DNA from: Takakia lepidozioides
Lineage: Eukaryota > Plantae > Bryophyta
Length of the DNA stretch: 64,000 nucleotides
Assembly: GCA_030704615.1 (NCBI GenBank)
Contig: CM060732.1
Coordinates: 20,150,001-20,214,000, forward strand
Direction: 5' to 3'
Positions 12,301-24,698 of the stretch are shown in pieces. The notes below the pieces were generated by a model. The model worked only from the letters and a program-made list of their open reading frames with translations. It had not been told where the DNA came from and searched no databases. The translations under genes were made by a program, and so were the position numbers. Within the stretch, counting starts at the first letter, position 1; each line of letters begins with the position of its first letter.

Positions 12301-12869
12301 CCTCCAACCGTTTGGCCCGTCAAGGTGGGAACACATCTCACAAGTCAGGAGATTGCAATGCTGGAGGAGGCAGGTTTTCCCTTGCGAGACAACCCCAACT
12401 GCATGCATGTGCTTCTACTTTTGCGTCCTCTCGGGTCCCTCCTGCAAATCCTCACTTGTGGCCAACCAAACAAGATGGAAAGCTGGTTTGGCGTTTCCCT
12501 CCAATCGCTGAACACTTCGGCAAAGTGGAGTCCGCAAGAATGCTCCAAGCTCGTGTTGCAAGCACCACAGAAGTGCCCGATCCAGGATATGGTCGGGTGT
12601 ACACAATGATCACTTCGACATCTGATGTTCATGACAGGGCCTACGACATCACGGTTTCCAATTTCCCCAATTGCACATGTCCTAATTTTGTGAATATGCT
12701 ATCAACCAGTTTGGGCAAGAGAGGTAAATTCATACCCTGCAAACATTTGTATTTCATATTTTTGAAGAGGATGGTTTGCGATCCCAAACGTGACAACTTC
12801 GTTCACCAGGCCACTCTGAGTTTCAACGAGGTCGATACTCTACTACAGCGGGATACAACACATAGGTAG
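9352..12869 (+). pseudogene. MULE (Mutator-like) transposase with WRKY/GCM-like Zn domain, DDE core and SWIM finger
   Basis: KHDGHPWCRT...CNGHLRC...HNH; FIMFDHVKR (D1), GFMADSAQAN (D2), CLFH (CxxH), LAETVHNAW (E); SWIM CTC...CKH. Intron 11366-11482; stops at 9781, 9817, 11243; frameshifts near 10900, 11745, 12375. Confidence 0.9.
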
Positions 12870-13310
12870 CATCAACTATGCAATGTGGTATGTGGACGAC
12901 CATGCTATGAAATGTGCAATTTGGAACATTATCATGGAAATTCAATTCAAATCAATTCCTTTGCAACATCATCGGCGGTGCAATGATATGGCGTCCCTCC
13001 ATTTTGCTTCCAACTATACTGAGTGAGCTCTGAGTGACAACTTTTAAAAGCACATGCATCATTGCACCTTTCGAAGTCTACATGTTTTCCTGTCGCTATG
13101 CATTGCAATCATCTTTTGAAACAGGCAGCACGGTTACCTTCATATGCCTGCCCTGTTTGGGTGCGACCCCTATTATTACCACTTGTTGGCCCTTGTGCTT
13201 GGCGAGGCTGCTAACGCTGTTGGTGGGCTTGCATTGCAGCAAATTGAGTGGCTACAGACTCACTAAGACTGCCTACTGTGTTGGCCAATCCTTGAAGAGT
13301 GAAGTCATCC

Positions 13311-13728
13311 CAACGACGCAATGGCGTGTGCCTTGCGCGTGAGCGCGCGAGCGTACGCTCACGCAGGAGTGACGTGTCGTGAGCGTGCACCCACGCTGAC
13401 GTGGCGTGAGCATCATGTCAGCAGGCTAATATGGCGACAAATGCTGGCGTGGCACTGCGCCGTCATCGGCCACGTCAACATGAACATGCGCCGCCTATAA
13501 CCGAGGATGGTCCTATGACCGTGGGATTAATGCAGGGAAACCTTGGCTGAATACAATCAAGACTACCATGAGGCCTACAATTGTAGCATCCAACATTGTG
13601 CAATTACAAATGTTTGTTTCACTTTTAAAATTACAAGGACGAGAAAATATCATCACAAAGTGTGCGCCATAGGGGCTACCACGGGAAGACCTTGCTCCCT
13701 CCCCAAATAACAATGAGAGTTAGGATCA
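13311..13728. repeat. ~420-bp interspersed repeat, inverted copy at 39428-39844
   Basis: caacgacgcaatggcgtg...gagagttaggatca aligns with the reverse complement of 39428-39844. Confidence 0.85.
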
Positions 13729-13987
13729 TCATCTGTGGATCTTTTGAACACTGGACTAAGCATTGTCAAGACAGGGCAGGATTACCAGAGCTGATCAAGA
13801 ACAAGAAAGCTGCTAGCGGTTCTTCCCCTCCTTTAAACTAGAGAGACCTCTTGGGAAGGGAACAAGAGGTCAATCATCTACCAACCCTACTTGTCTTATA
13901 TCAGTTCAAGCTGTTTTATCTACTAACTTCAAGGCCTTGCATTGTCCTCTCAGCAGAAGGGCTGTTGACCAGCAGATCAGTCCCCTT

Positions 13988-14374
13988 ATGGCTCAGTGCC
14001 ACATCCATGAGCTAAGCTTTCCTTGCGTGATTGATACAGGATGCACCATATCTGCCATCCCTCTGAATGTAGTAAGAGTCCTTGGTCTTAAGCTATGCCC
14101 TGCTTCAGGAATTGAGGTTCTGATTACTAATGGGTCAAGATATGAGCCTCTGGGTTTAGTTACTGTGCCCATCAAGATTCACAAGAAAGAGGTGGTGGTG
14201 ACCTGCATAGTTACAATTGGGGAACAATTCCTGCTAGGCTTTGACTGGATGATTGGAGCTGGTGCCACCATCAGCCTGGCATACTATTCCCTTCGCTTTA
14301 GCAATGGTGAGGGACATGAGATCGTGGTTCCCTTGAAAGCAGCTGAGCTTCAGCTCTGTATATTTGAAGCATAA
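13988..14374 (+). pseudogene. Retrotransposon aspartic protease
   Basis: PCVIDTGCTISAI...FLLGFDWM, the retropepsin DTG and ILGxD-type motifs. Confidence 0.85.
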
Positions 14375-14559
14375 AGTTTAAGAGTGCAGAAGCAAACTAA
14401 AATTAGGTTGGGTCTGCTACAGCCAATCTATCCAGAGTCCAAGCCATGGTCACAGAGGTACAACAAAACTCTCACTCCACCCTCAATTGGAATGATTTTT
14501 ACAAATTTCAGCCTGATCTTCAACTCTTATATCAATGGCATGTTCCTAGTACTGGTGGT

Positions 14560-14900
14560 AAAATAGGGATGCCCATAGTTGTTCCAAGGAATTCTACCCT
14601 GATTCGTGCACCTCTCAACATAACCATCCCTGCCATGACCCAAAAAGTGGTCAAATCTGGCCTGGCCTTCCTTTGTCCAGCTACTCACTACCTGGAAGTT
14701 GAAGGCTGGAGGAGACTGACTGCCCTCAAACATTGCCTAGTTGCCACAAGTGTTCTAGATAGTGGATATAGGCAAGAAGTCAAGATTCTAATTGCTAACC
14801 CTCAGCGCTTCCCTGTGACCATTAAGAAAGGGCAGGTCCTAGCTCGCATCACTGCCTTACCCATTGCTGAAATACAAGAGATGCAAGCTGGCTTTGGACT
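14560..14900 (+). pseudogene. dUTPase-like domain inside Gypsy pol
   Basis: ITIPAMTQKVVKSGLAFLCP...SVLDSGYRQEVKILIAN...IKKGQVLARI resembles trimeric dUTPase motifs 3 and 4 (GVIDxDYRGEI; IxKGDRIAQL). Confidence 0.7.
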
Positions 14901-15018
14901 AGAGGCCATAGGCATACAACATGGCCCCTTGGATGTTGTTGCTGCCTTTGCTGCACTTGCATCACCACCTGTTCCTGATCTCAGTCCTGAAGGTAAGATC
15001 TAGAAAGCTCTCGCCAAG

Positions 15019-16400
15019 GTGTTGTCTGAAATCAAGTTGGGTACCACCCTCTCCTTAGGGCAAAGAAAGAGAGTTGAAATGCTTATTGCAAAGAATCTAG
15101 ATGTCTTCAGCTTGGGGTCCACTGATTTAGGACGCACTCCCATCCTTCAACATGACATTGTTACAGAAGAACCTCTTATCAAACAATTTGCTTACCGAGA
15201 GTGTCAAAGAACATGCTATAGTCCAAGAGGAAGTCCAGAAAATGCTTGATGCTGGCGTGATTAAGCCATCAGTTTCTCCTTGGGCTAGTCATATTGTCCT
15301 GGTTGGAAAGAAAGATGGCACCACCCGCTTTTGTGTTGACTTCAAGAAACTGAATGACATCACTAAAAAAGATGCCTACCCTCTGCCTAGGACCAATGAG
15401 ACCTTGGATCAATTGCATGGTGCTATAATTTTCTCCTCTCTTGATCTTGCATCTGGTTTTTGGCAAGTTCCTCTCACTGAAGCAGCCAAGGAAAAGACCT
15501 CATTTGTGTGTCGCATGGGCAAATACCAATATGAGACCATGCCCTTTGGTTTATGCAATGCCACCTCCACCTTCCAACGCCTCATGGACATTGTCTTGGG
15601 AAATCTTCGCTGGGAATGTGCCTTAATTTATGTTGATGATATCAATGTGTATTCAACCAGTTTTGATACCCACTTGACTGACCTGCAGCGTGTGTTCAAT
15701 AAATTGTGTACTGCAGGCCTCAAAGTGAAGGCAAAGAAGTGTGAACTATTCATGCCTGAGCTACATTTTCTTGGTCATATCCTCTCCAAGGATGGTTTGC
15801 TTCCTAATCCTGCCAAGCTTGAGTCTGTTTGGGGCTTTCCTATTCCCAAGGATAAACATTGTATCAAATTCTTCCTGGGTCTGGCTTCTTATTATAGGCG
15901 CTTTATTAAGAACTTTGCCAAGCTTGCCCACCCTCCAACCAAGGTGTTGTGCAAAGATGCCAGGTCTGAGTGGACCTTCTCCCAGCAAGCTGCCTTTGAC
16001 ACCCTTCGCAAGGCTTTGTGTTTGGCTCCCATCCCGATGTTTCCCAACTTTGAATTGCCTTTCTTGCTTCAGACTGATGCATCAGATGTTGCCATCTCTG
16101 CAATCTTATGTCAAGTAATAGAAGGCAAGGAACATGCAATAGCTTATGCATCTCACCGTCTTGATCGTCATGAAAGGAACTATTCCATATCTGACAAAGA
16201 GGGTCTGGCCTTAGTATTTGGTGTGAAGCATTACAGGCGATATTTGCATGGTAGCCTCTTCCACTTAAGGCCCTTGTTAAGCCAAGGGAACTTCATGGCA
16301 GACTTGCTAGATGGGCTATGTACTTGCAGGAATTTGACATGGATATAGTTTACAAGAAGGGCAAGGAGAACACAAAGGTTGATGCACTCACACATGACTC
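15019..16400 (+). pseudogene. Gypsy reverse transcriptase + RNase H (frameshifted)
   Basis: [59 protein letters not shown]. Confidence 0.95.
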
Positions 16401-16879
16401 ACACGGGTGGATCCTCCTGTCAGCAGGCATATGCTTACCTTGGATGACTTTGCTGCTGCTGATGCAGCCCCTCTTCTCAACCTTCTTTGTGCTGATCAGT
16501 ACCCCTTGGCCTTGGACTCATATGGCATATTGGCTGCTCGGGGCTGGTCTAGCCTACTAGATGAGTCTGGTTGATTTATTTGTGTGTTAGTATGTGTGGT
16601 GGATCTATCACTTAGCGAGAATTTGGATGGTTTGGTGGAAGTTCCTTGTTGTGTTTCAGCTCTTCTCTTTCCTAGGCCCCCGAGTTTGTTGTGATTTAGC
16701 TGCTGCACTCCGGTGTGACTATTGGCTTGAGCCTCAAGGCCTGATTTGCCTATCCATGAGTAGTAACAAATGAGGTGAAGGTATCCCTGGCTGGAGATCA
16801 TAGGTGTAGGCACTCCAGATCACCTTCTCTAAAACCTATTGTCTACCTCTTATGTGCAGTGCAGTCATGGATGATCAGC

Positions 16880-17700
16880 TACATGCTGCGCTACTCCAGC
16901 GATGCCAATCAGGGCGTTCGCCAGCTGGCCTTTCTGAGTCCTTGCGTAAACAAATTCTCTATCATGTGTCTACTCACCGTTTTATGGGTGATAAGCTTTT
17001 CAAGGAGCTCACTAGAGGGGGAGTGCCATGCTACTTGGAGGTGCCACCACGGAGCCAGCTGAATGCTTTATTGGAGCGTTTCCATTGTTCATTGTATGCA
17101 GGTCACCTTGGTATCAAGAAAACTATGGCCCGCATCCAAGAGGTATACTATTGGCTGGGAATTCACCGAGACGTCACCGAGTTCATCTCTAAGTGTGAAG
17201 GTTGTCGTACTAACATTGCTCTCCCGAGGGCCCGGATCTTGTATGAGCTGCAGCCTTTGCCTGTCACCCATGCTTTTGGAGTGGGATACCTTTCTTCCCC
17301 CTATTCTCTTTGCTTATCGCACCGCCGTGCATGCTAGCACCAAGAAGACTCATTTTGAGTTGTTGTATGGTCGCAAGTGTGTTTCTCCTTTGCATTCTAC
17401 CCCTCTTATCTCTACTGTTGCTGATCCGGTTGATCTTGAGACCTTTGTTGAGGATCTTCATGCTCGGCATGCGGTGTCTATCCATGATGCCAAGACGAAC
17501 ATTGGTAAGGCTCAGCTAGCCCGGGCCCGTAATTTTAACAAGAGTGTCAAGTATTCTAACTTGTTTCAGGTGGGACAGACCGTCTGCTTCCGATTACAGC
17601 ATGGCAAAATGCATGCAAATCTAAGCTCAAGATCGACGGTCCATACTTGAGCTATCGTATTTTACGTGGGCGACGTGCTCTCCTTCACCCACAAGGCTAT
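16880..17700 (+). pseudogene. Gypsy integrase remnant (Zn finger retained, core partly deleted)
   Basis: HCSLYAGHLGIKKT...YYW...CEGC; LFAYRTAVHASTKKTHFELLYGR. Confidence 0.85.
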
Positions 17701-18115
17701 AATACTGAAGTGCGGGATGAACCTGTTTCCTTGACAGACTTACTGCATTCCGAGCTAGTTTTTGATCTTACATGTATCAATGTGGAGGGGCGCACGGTGG
17801 GATGATGTCTTCATCTTCTTAGCCGATCTACTTCAGCTTGATCCACTTCTCTTCTCAGCGGCTTAGTCTTAGTTTGCGGATGGTGATTCTTAGGACTTGA
17901 CCTCTCTAGGACTTAGAACATTTTAGTTTCATGGCATATCACCATCTGTACTCCTTGCACGGTTTTCCTAGCCAAGGGTTTTGTCCTCGGCCCAACTTGC
18001 AGGTCCAGATTTTCCCTTGGTAGGTTTTTCACCCAGCAGTGGAGGGTGATATTTTCCTATTATTTGTTTTCCTTCACGGAGCTCAGGATTTTTCGTGGGG
18101 GGTAGGCTTCACAGA

Positions 18116-18865
18116 TGTAAAGCCCCATATTTGCTTAGCCTAGAAATGGCCCGTTTCATCAAAAATGGCAATACACATCCATAGTATATTTTTTTTGGCG
18201 TATAAAGTCGTTAAACCGTTACAATGATATCTAGGTTAGGGTTAGTTTTGGCTGGTGGCTCGATCCTGGCCCTTCATCAGATCCAGGGCTACAAGGCGGC
18301 GCCGTGGGCTTTGGCTTGTGACGACTCGCCACGCGGCAGGCCACTAAAGCTAGGGCTTTTGTATAAAGACGGCGCCCTGACACAAGGTCAGGGCGGTGTA
18401 CTCGGGTGTTAGTGTATATGTGATTTTGGTGTACAAGCTTTGGATGAGAGCTGCTTTGTGTCAGATCCGTGTGTTTGATCCTCCTCTCGCGCGTTGCTTG
18501 CTCTTTCCACTCGCCCCTTTGTTGTGCAACCTTGTTTCTTGAGAGACAAGGAGTATATGCTTCAGGCTTGTTTTAAGGCTTCACAGGGGGCACGGAGAGA
18601 TATTCAATGCCCGCTTTTTTGTGGGATATAGGGTTCAGTGCAAGGGTGTGGACGTTTTCCGTTGGCGTGTTGGGTTCACTGTAGGGTGGGGATGTTCGAA
18701 GCAGTACTCTTTGCTCATTCCTTACTTTTACTTGTGGCTCTTCTTCCTACTCATTCTTGCTTGTCACCTTGGACCTTTTTAGTGTGTGGAGAGTCCGGAG
18801 AGTCCGGGTAGGTAGTGCCCCTTCGCTTCATGGCTTCAAGAGGTTTTTTTTTTCCATCTTTTCCA
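18116..18865 (+). repeat. Candidate LTR
   Basis: Starts TGTAAAG shortly after a G-rich tract and ends CA before a PBS-like TGGTATCA (18867). No second copy is seen. Confidence 0.35.
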
Positions 18866-18904
18866 ATGGTATCATATGTAAAACGCCTTAGAGGTTGGAA
18901 ATCA

Positions 18905-19200
18905 ATTATTTATGGAAAACAATAGGAATAATGTAAGAACTTAATGCACTCGGCTTGCTTGCGATCCAATGGTCATTTTGCCGGATTCATGTAGCATTAG
19001 CAGTTTCGGCAGGTCCCGCGTCCAAATCCTCTCCACCCCCTCTTACCCTTTTACCACGGATTCGCTATTAAATACTTCTTCATAATGTTGCAGATTGTGA
19101 ACTCGTAAGGTGTGTAGGTGGCAAGGTACCAGGTTTGATTCTTCATGGGTGGCTAATGTAGGCTTGGGTCTGCGTCTTATGTAACTCCTCTTAGGAATAT
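18905..19200. mobile_element. Partial copy of the MITE at 19585-20200
   Basis: Shares the left TIR (ggaaaacaataggaataatgtaagaacttaatg) and the internal ccaccccctcttacc segment. Confidence 0.6.
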
Positions 19201-19396
19201 ATTTTTATTTTATTTTATTTTATTTTTAAATGAAAGGGGATGGAAGCCATGTTGCTCTTGAAATTAACAAGTAGCTAGTCGAGTACTGGCTCCACCCTAA
19301 TGCTAGTGATGGCTGTCCTGATATGAATTGAATGCAAGGAACAAATGCGAAAAGATAAATTGAATGTGGAACTAGAGGGATAAAGAGTCTAAAGAG

Positions 19397-19572
19397 AACT
19401 GAATATAATGGAATTTAAAGTGATAAAACTGAAAGGAAATGAATATAATGGAAGTCGATCATTATGATAAAAATGAGAGAAACGAATATAATAGAATTGA
19501 AGGGATAAATCTGAAGGGAACTGAATATAATAGAATTGTAGGGATAAACTTGAAGGGAACTAAATATAATAA
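19397..19572. repeat. ~40-bp AT-rich minisatellite
   Basis: Repeated gaactgaatataatagaattg...gggataaa units. Confidence 0.7.
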
Positions 19573-19584
19573 ACAGTCCCCGAC

Positions 19585-20200
19585 AATATAATGGAAGACA
19601 ATAGGAATAAAGTAAGAACTTAATGGACGCGTGTGATCTGACGGTACTTTCGCCGCGGATTCCGGCAGCCTGGGCTCCTCCTGCGGGCCCCTGTCAAATC
19701 CGCCCCACCCCCTCTTACCTTGGTTTCACTATTATAAAAACTTAAGAATCCAAGTAGGTTGCAAATTGTGGTGGGTAGCGTGAGGGTAAGGTGATAGCAA
19801 TGCAAGCGGTGAGGATCGAGGTTTGATTCTTGATGGGACACTCTTGTAGTGTGACCCCGGTTGGTGTAACCTTTTGTAACCCTGGCTCTTCATGTAACTC
19901 TGGTTAGTCCATTTTATACTTAACCAAATTTGGACTTGGTCAAATTTCGAGACCAAGTGTGAGTTACACCGAGTGGAGTTACACTCCATTTTGTGTAACC
20001 CAATGTAACCCCAAGTGGAGTTATACACCTCGTCGTGTAATCCAATGTAACCCCGAGTGGAGTTTACACTCCTTCAGTTCCATGTCATTCTCAAGAGAGG
20101 GCGGGGAAGAATTGACATGCCGGAAACTGGCGTACCATCCTGTCAGAGGTTGCACGTGTGCATTAAGTTCTTACATTATTCCTATTATCTTCCCAATATT
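19585..20200. mobile_element. MITE with ~40-bp TIRs
   Basis: ggaagacaataggaataaagtaagaacttaatg (to 19625) versus cattaagttcttacattattcctattatcttcc (from 20161). Confidence 0.75.
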
Positions 20201-20254
20201 ATGGTAACTATGTACGCTTTGCAAATTTTAAGACTGTAATATCAAGTCTATCTA

Positions 20255-20713
20255 CCGTAGTCGGCAGGCTGATTCGGCAGTGAAGTGTCGAATATTTGTT
20301 TTCTTTACAACAAAACACGTCGCCATAACACACGGAAATTTCTAGATTTTAAGGCAATGCCACGAGGAGATTTTAAGTAATTCGGCGGTGACTCCCAGCA
20401 TGAACTTGCTCTATCTATTGTACCAGATGTGGTAAAATAATTATGTGGGTTGTCAAGAGCCATGAGAGCATCTGGTCAATCATTAAATGGAGTGATTGGT
20501 CACCCAGTTATTCTAGGATTTCTCAGAGCTAAAGCACCACCAGCTCTAGGAAAATATTTTGAGCCTTGAAACATCTTTGAGTAGTTTGTTTGAGATTTTA
20601 GGCATTTGTCTTATGAAATTTCTGAAATTTCAACAGTTTTTCTAAATTTCCACTTATTTACTAGGCATGTTTATTTCTAATTATTTACTGCCGAATCAGC
20701 CTGCCGACTAAGG
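20255..20713. mobile_element. Tc1/mariner-type (Stowaway-like) MITE
   Basis: 27-bp TIRs CCGTAGTCGGCAGGCTGATTCGGCAGT / ACTGCCGAATCAGCCTGCCGACTAAGG (1 mismatch), flanked by TA on both sides. Confidence 0.85.
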
Positions 20714-22729
20714 TATATCCATATTAATAGGAATAGTAAATTATATGTTTGGATCATTGAAACGGTGCTCCCATACTTGTTTAGATGCTATATTTCATAG
20801 ATATTGTACTAGAGCAATCTCAATTAAAAAATTAACTGAAATTTCTGAAAGACAAGCTGAAAAGCTGTGAACTAAAAATCTGAAGTTTGTAAAACTGAAA
20901 GAGAAAAGAATGAACACATATCAATAGTAGCTTGCACAATATTGTTAAAGTAGTCAAAGAAATCTGCATTAAAAAATTAATTGAGATTTTCTGAAGGACC
21001 GGCTGAAAATCTTACTATGAACTAAAGATATGAAGTTTGCAATTTAACTGAAAGCTGAAGTGTGTAAAAACACATATCAATGGCAACTTTCAAAATATTA
21101 TCAAAGTAGTTGTCATGGTTTTTAGTCATGGTTAACTAGAATTACCTACTTCTAGTTAACTAGGACATTTTGGATATTTATATTTGTATTTTGTGTGTTG
21201 GGACTTCATTTGGTCTCATATGCCAAGTGAGGTGTCAAGCCTCACTTGGGACATGGGAAAGGGGTTTTCCCCTTGTGAGTGTTGAGGAGGGCTCAGCTTC
21301 TTATAGTTGAGTCTCCATGAGCTTCTCTCACCTCCATAGCTCTAGGTATTGAGAGGGAGTGTGTTGAGGGCTTTGTAGGGTGGATTCTCTAGTTTGATTG
21401 CTTCATGCTTTAAGAGTTTTCATTGTCTTTCACTTCTCTCATTTCTCATCTCTTATCACTACAAGAAGATCACCTTATGCTTGTAAGTGCGGAGTGTAAG
21501 GATTAGTTTTGCACTTGTATGTTAAAGAGGTTGAGAGCTAGGATAATTTAGCTCTTATATCACAAGGCTTGCAAGGGGTTGTAAGGAAAGGTGCTCGAGT
21601 GTTGCATACACCAAGGAGTTGGAGAGCTTGAGAAGAAAGCTCTTGAGTCACAAGATTTTGCAAGGACTGCAAGGAGGAAGTCTTGTGTGTGTGGAAGCAT
21701 GGATTCTAGGGTTTGAGAATCATTTGTATGCATTATGGAGTCAATGGTGTGTGCCATGGCTTGTGGAGAGTGACTAAAGGCTTGTTAATGCTCATTTCAC
21801 TATCAAGCTAGGGTTAAGCAAGTTCAAAGTGTGGATGTTGTGGGAAAGAAGCCAATGAGCTACATAGGCTTGGGTTTGAAGACAACAAGGGCAAGTACTT
21901 AGAGAGCACTAAGAAGCTCAAGAGGTTTTGAAAGGGAGCATATGAAGAAATCTTCCAATCATGGTGGTTCGGAGCCAAGCTTAGGGCGCCATTGGAAGGG
22001 CTTGGAGAACATATGGTGGGAAATCCTTGAAGGGAAATCATCAATTCAATGTATGCATATCTACACCCTAACTATATGTAATGTGACAAGAGGGGGAGGC
22101 AATACTTGGCTATTCATGCTCTTGGTAGTGCGAGCTTTGTGGTAGATAATTGACCAAGCAAGTGGTGCATGTGTGGAGCATGCTCTCTTGAGTTTGTAAG
22201 TTCAAGTTTGAGAAGGGGAGCTCTTGAACTAGCAAGAGGTGAAGGCCTTGAGATCCATTTGTGTGTGAAGTGGAGAGGTGTTGATTCATGTTATGATGAA
22301 GGAGAGCAACACATAGGCCAAGAGGTCATGGAACATGCATTCAAATGACCAAGGGGAGCACACGGATGATGGATTGGTGCAAGACCCCAAATGAGGCATA
22401 TGGCGTGAGAGTGGGATCCAAGGCTACACATTGAGATAATTAGTGTTGATTTGGAGCAATTGTCAAGTGATGAGGAGACAAATGCATGATTGCTCGACAA
22501 TGGAGATATGGTAGTTTGCAATCAAATCCCAAGGACTAGAAGGGGGATTGATTTGGTGGACAATGACTTGCAAGTTGAGTTTGACCACTCTTGGTTGCAT
22601 ATTGGGGTGGAAGAGAGCAAGAAGATACCTCTTATGACCACCTAGAGACCATATTTTTGCTTGAGTAGAAGCATAGAAGTCAAGGACTTGCATTCTAGCT
22701 CTTCATTACAAACCCTAGTAGTGTATGCA

Positions 22730-23125
22730 CAGACTATATCTCTGTTAGTATACCAAACATGAGCTTGTCCCTTTGACTATACCTCTGTTGAGGTATCACC
22801 ATATGTGAACCCTAATGTGAGACTATACCTCTGTTAGTATACCAAACAGGAGCTTGTCCATTTTACTATACCTCTATTGAGATATCACTATATGTGAACC
22901 CTAATCAGCTCAGACTATACCTCTGTTAGTATACCAAACATGAGCTTGTCCCTTTTACTATACCTCTGTTGAGGTATCACCATATGTGGACCCTAATCAG
23001 CTCAGACTATACCTCTGTTAATATACCAAATAGAACCCTCATTTTCAGACTATACCTCTGTAAAGGTATCATCAACATAAGGGACCCTAGCAACCTCAGA
23101 CTATACCTCTGTTAAGGTATCAACA
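22730..23125. repeat. Tandem repeat built on GACTATACCTCTGTT (~45/90-bp period)
   Basis: agactatacctctgttagtataccaaacatgagcttgtcc and variants, repeated. Confidence 0.85.
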
Positions 23126-23149
23126 TTGAAAGGACTTAGTGAAATTTAA

Positions 23150-23335
23150 GGGCCTTTAGAGGATTGTTTGGAAGATATTTGAGGGCCCTTGGAGGAGTGT
23201 CTGGAGGATCTTTGGGGTCCTTGGAGGATTATTTGGAGGATCTTTGGGGTCCTTGGAGGATTGTTTGGAGGATCTTTGGGGTCCTTGGAGGAGTATTGGA
23301 CCCTTTGAGGAGCTTTGGTGGACAATATTGTTGAA
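23150..23335. repeat. ~31-bp tandem repeat
   Basis: ggaggatctttggggtccttggaggatt repeated. Confidence 0.85.
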
Positions 23336-23981
23336 GAGCTCTTGAAGGATTGATTGAGGGATATTTGAAGGATACTTGCCACAGCCATACAAGCGAGTGG
23401 ATAGAGACAGGAGGGAGAGTGGTGGGATGAGAGCATTCTGGGGTTAGGAATTGCTTTAGTTTCTCTTCCCCATAGTCTTTCACCCTCTCTGTAGGCCAAA
23501 ACCTTTCCGTAGGTGGAGGCAAGAGTCAGTCCAGGTTTGGGCTGGGGTGTCCTTGCAAGAGCGACACTGTGGAGTGTTTTTGGTGTGGGGGAGTTGTTGT
23601 CTTGATTTTCTTGTGTTTGGATCCCCTCCACACCTGCATGCTTGACTGTGCGCCATGTTAGCTTTGTGTGGGCGTTTGTTTTCATAGGAGGTTGGTCCGG
23701 ATTTGATCACCAGCCAATCCTAAAGTATGTTGTCGGTGGTGAGGCTGGAGTGATGACCAGCAAGACCACCAGTGTTTCTTCTATGGTGAGGCTGGGTTGA
23801 TGACCGGCAGACCATAAGAGTGCTTGCGGTGGATGCAGGTGCAGGTACATGTCTACGTTAGAAACCTATTATTCCTGCTTGAACCACTAGCCGCAATAGG
23901 TTCTCTACCCGGTTACCTTGTGGAAAATGGGGATTAGAGACAGGTTGATAACCGGTTGGGTTGTGAGTTTTCATCACGGAG

Positions 23982-24698
23982 GTGCCACTAGTTGCTGAGG
24001 GGAGTGGTGGTACAAGCACCAGCGATACTAGTGGGTACACAAGACGAGGTGTGCGGTTTAGGCCACCTTCACTTTCAGTGTCTTCTGTGGAAGGTTCAGA
24101 CTCGGAGTCGGGAGGATTCTCGCCAAAGGTGCAAGCCATTTCCGTGCCATTGTTATGGGATACGATGGAGGAGATGTATGGAGCTACCAAGGGGCTACGT
24201 AGGTACTTTGGAGCTGTGGGCACCATCGAGCTTGATGACTTCATATAGGAATTTGACAGTTGGTGTGATTTACAGCAAATGCGCAATCCACAATTGTTTA
24301 CGCCTTTTATGGCGTGGAAGGGGCTGTTCCAACACCTTGAGGAGCCGCCCATGGATGATTACCATGAATTTAGGTGGGGACATGCGGTGGAGATTGAGGA
24401 GTGACGAGAGTATTGGTCACCTAACTATGTCTCCATCACTAGAGGCACAAGGGCAGCGGCGACACCAGCAGCTACACAAACATCTCCAACTGCAAGCACT
24501 AGTAGTGGGACAAGTGGTACAGGAGCTGGGAAATCCACTCAAGCTCTTGCTGCAGCACCAGCACCCGTGCCTGCCTTTAACCCAGTTGTGGAGTTCTTCG
24601 AGGAGTTGATGAGAAACTACCAAGGGATAAGGACAGAGAAGTTGCGGAGCTTGTAAGAGTTCCAACAAAGGCCTACTGAGAGTTTGAGGGAGGCTTAC
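23982..24698 (+). pseudogene. Retrotransposon gag remnant
   Basis: ELDDFI*EFDSWCDLQQMRNPQLFTPFMAWKGLFQHL...FFEELMRNYQG...EFQQRPTESLREAY, ending at the CACTA terminus. Confidence 0.65.

Larger units (their letters stand above)
3411..13045. mobile_element. MULE-2: Mutator-like element with divergent cargo (ParB-MTase) and transposase genes, truncated on both sides
   Basis: Cargo gene on the minus strand 3411-8530; transposase on the plus strand 9352-12869. Similarity to the second copy (31760-34495) ends at ~13045. Confidence 0.8.
13730..18865 (+). mobile_element. Decayed Ty3/Gypsy LTR retrotransposon with PR-dUTPase-RT-RNaseH-INT order
   Basis: Protease VIDTGCT; dUTPase-like domain; RT (FCVDFKKLN, MPFGL, YVDD); RNase H (LQTDAS); integrase HHCC. 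Purine-rich tract near 18096. Confidence 0.85.
21112..24698 (+). mobile_element. LTR-retrotransposon 5' portion (LTR/UTR-like DNA, tandem repeats, gag), cut by a CACTA element
   Basis: Gag remnant at the right end and internal tandem repeats. The left boundary is uncertain. Confidence 0.45.

Noticed and set aside
21457-21470. CACTACAAGAA as a CACTA terminus
   Set aside because: No subterminal repeats or evident junction; it may be chance.
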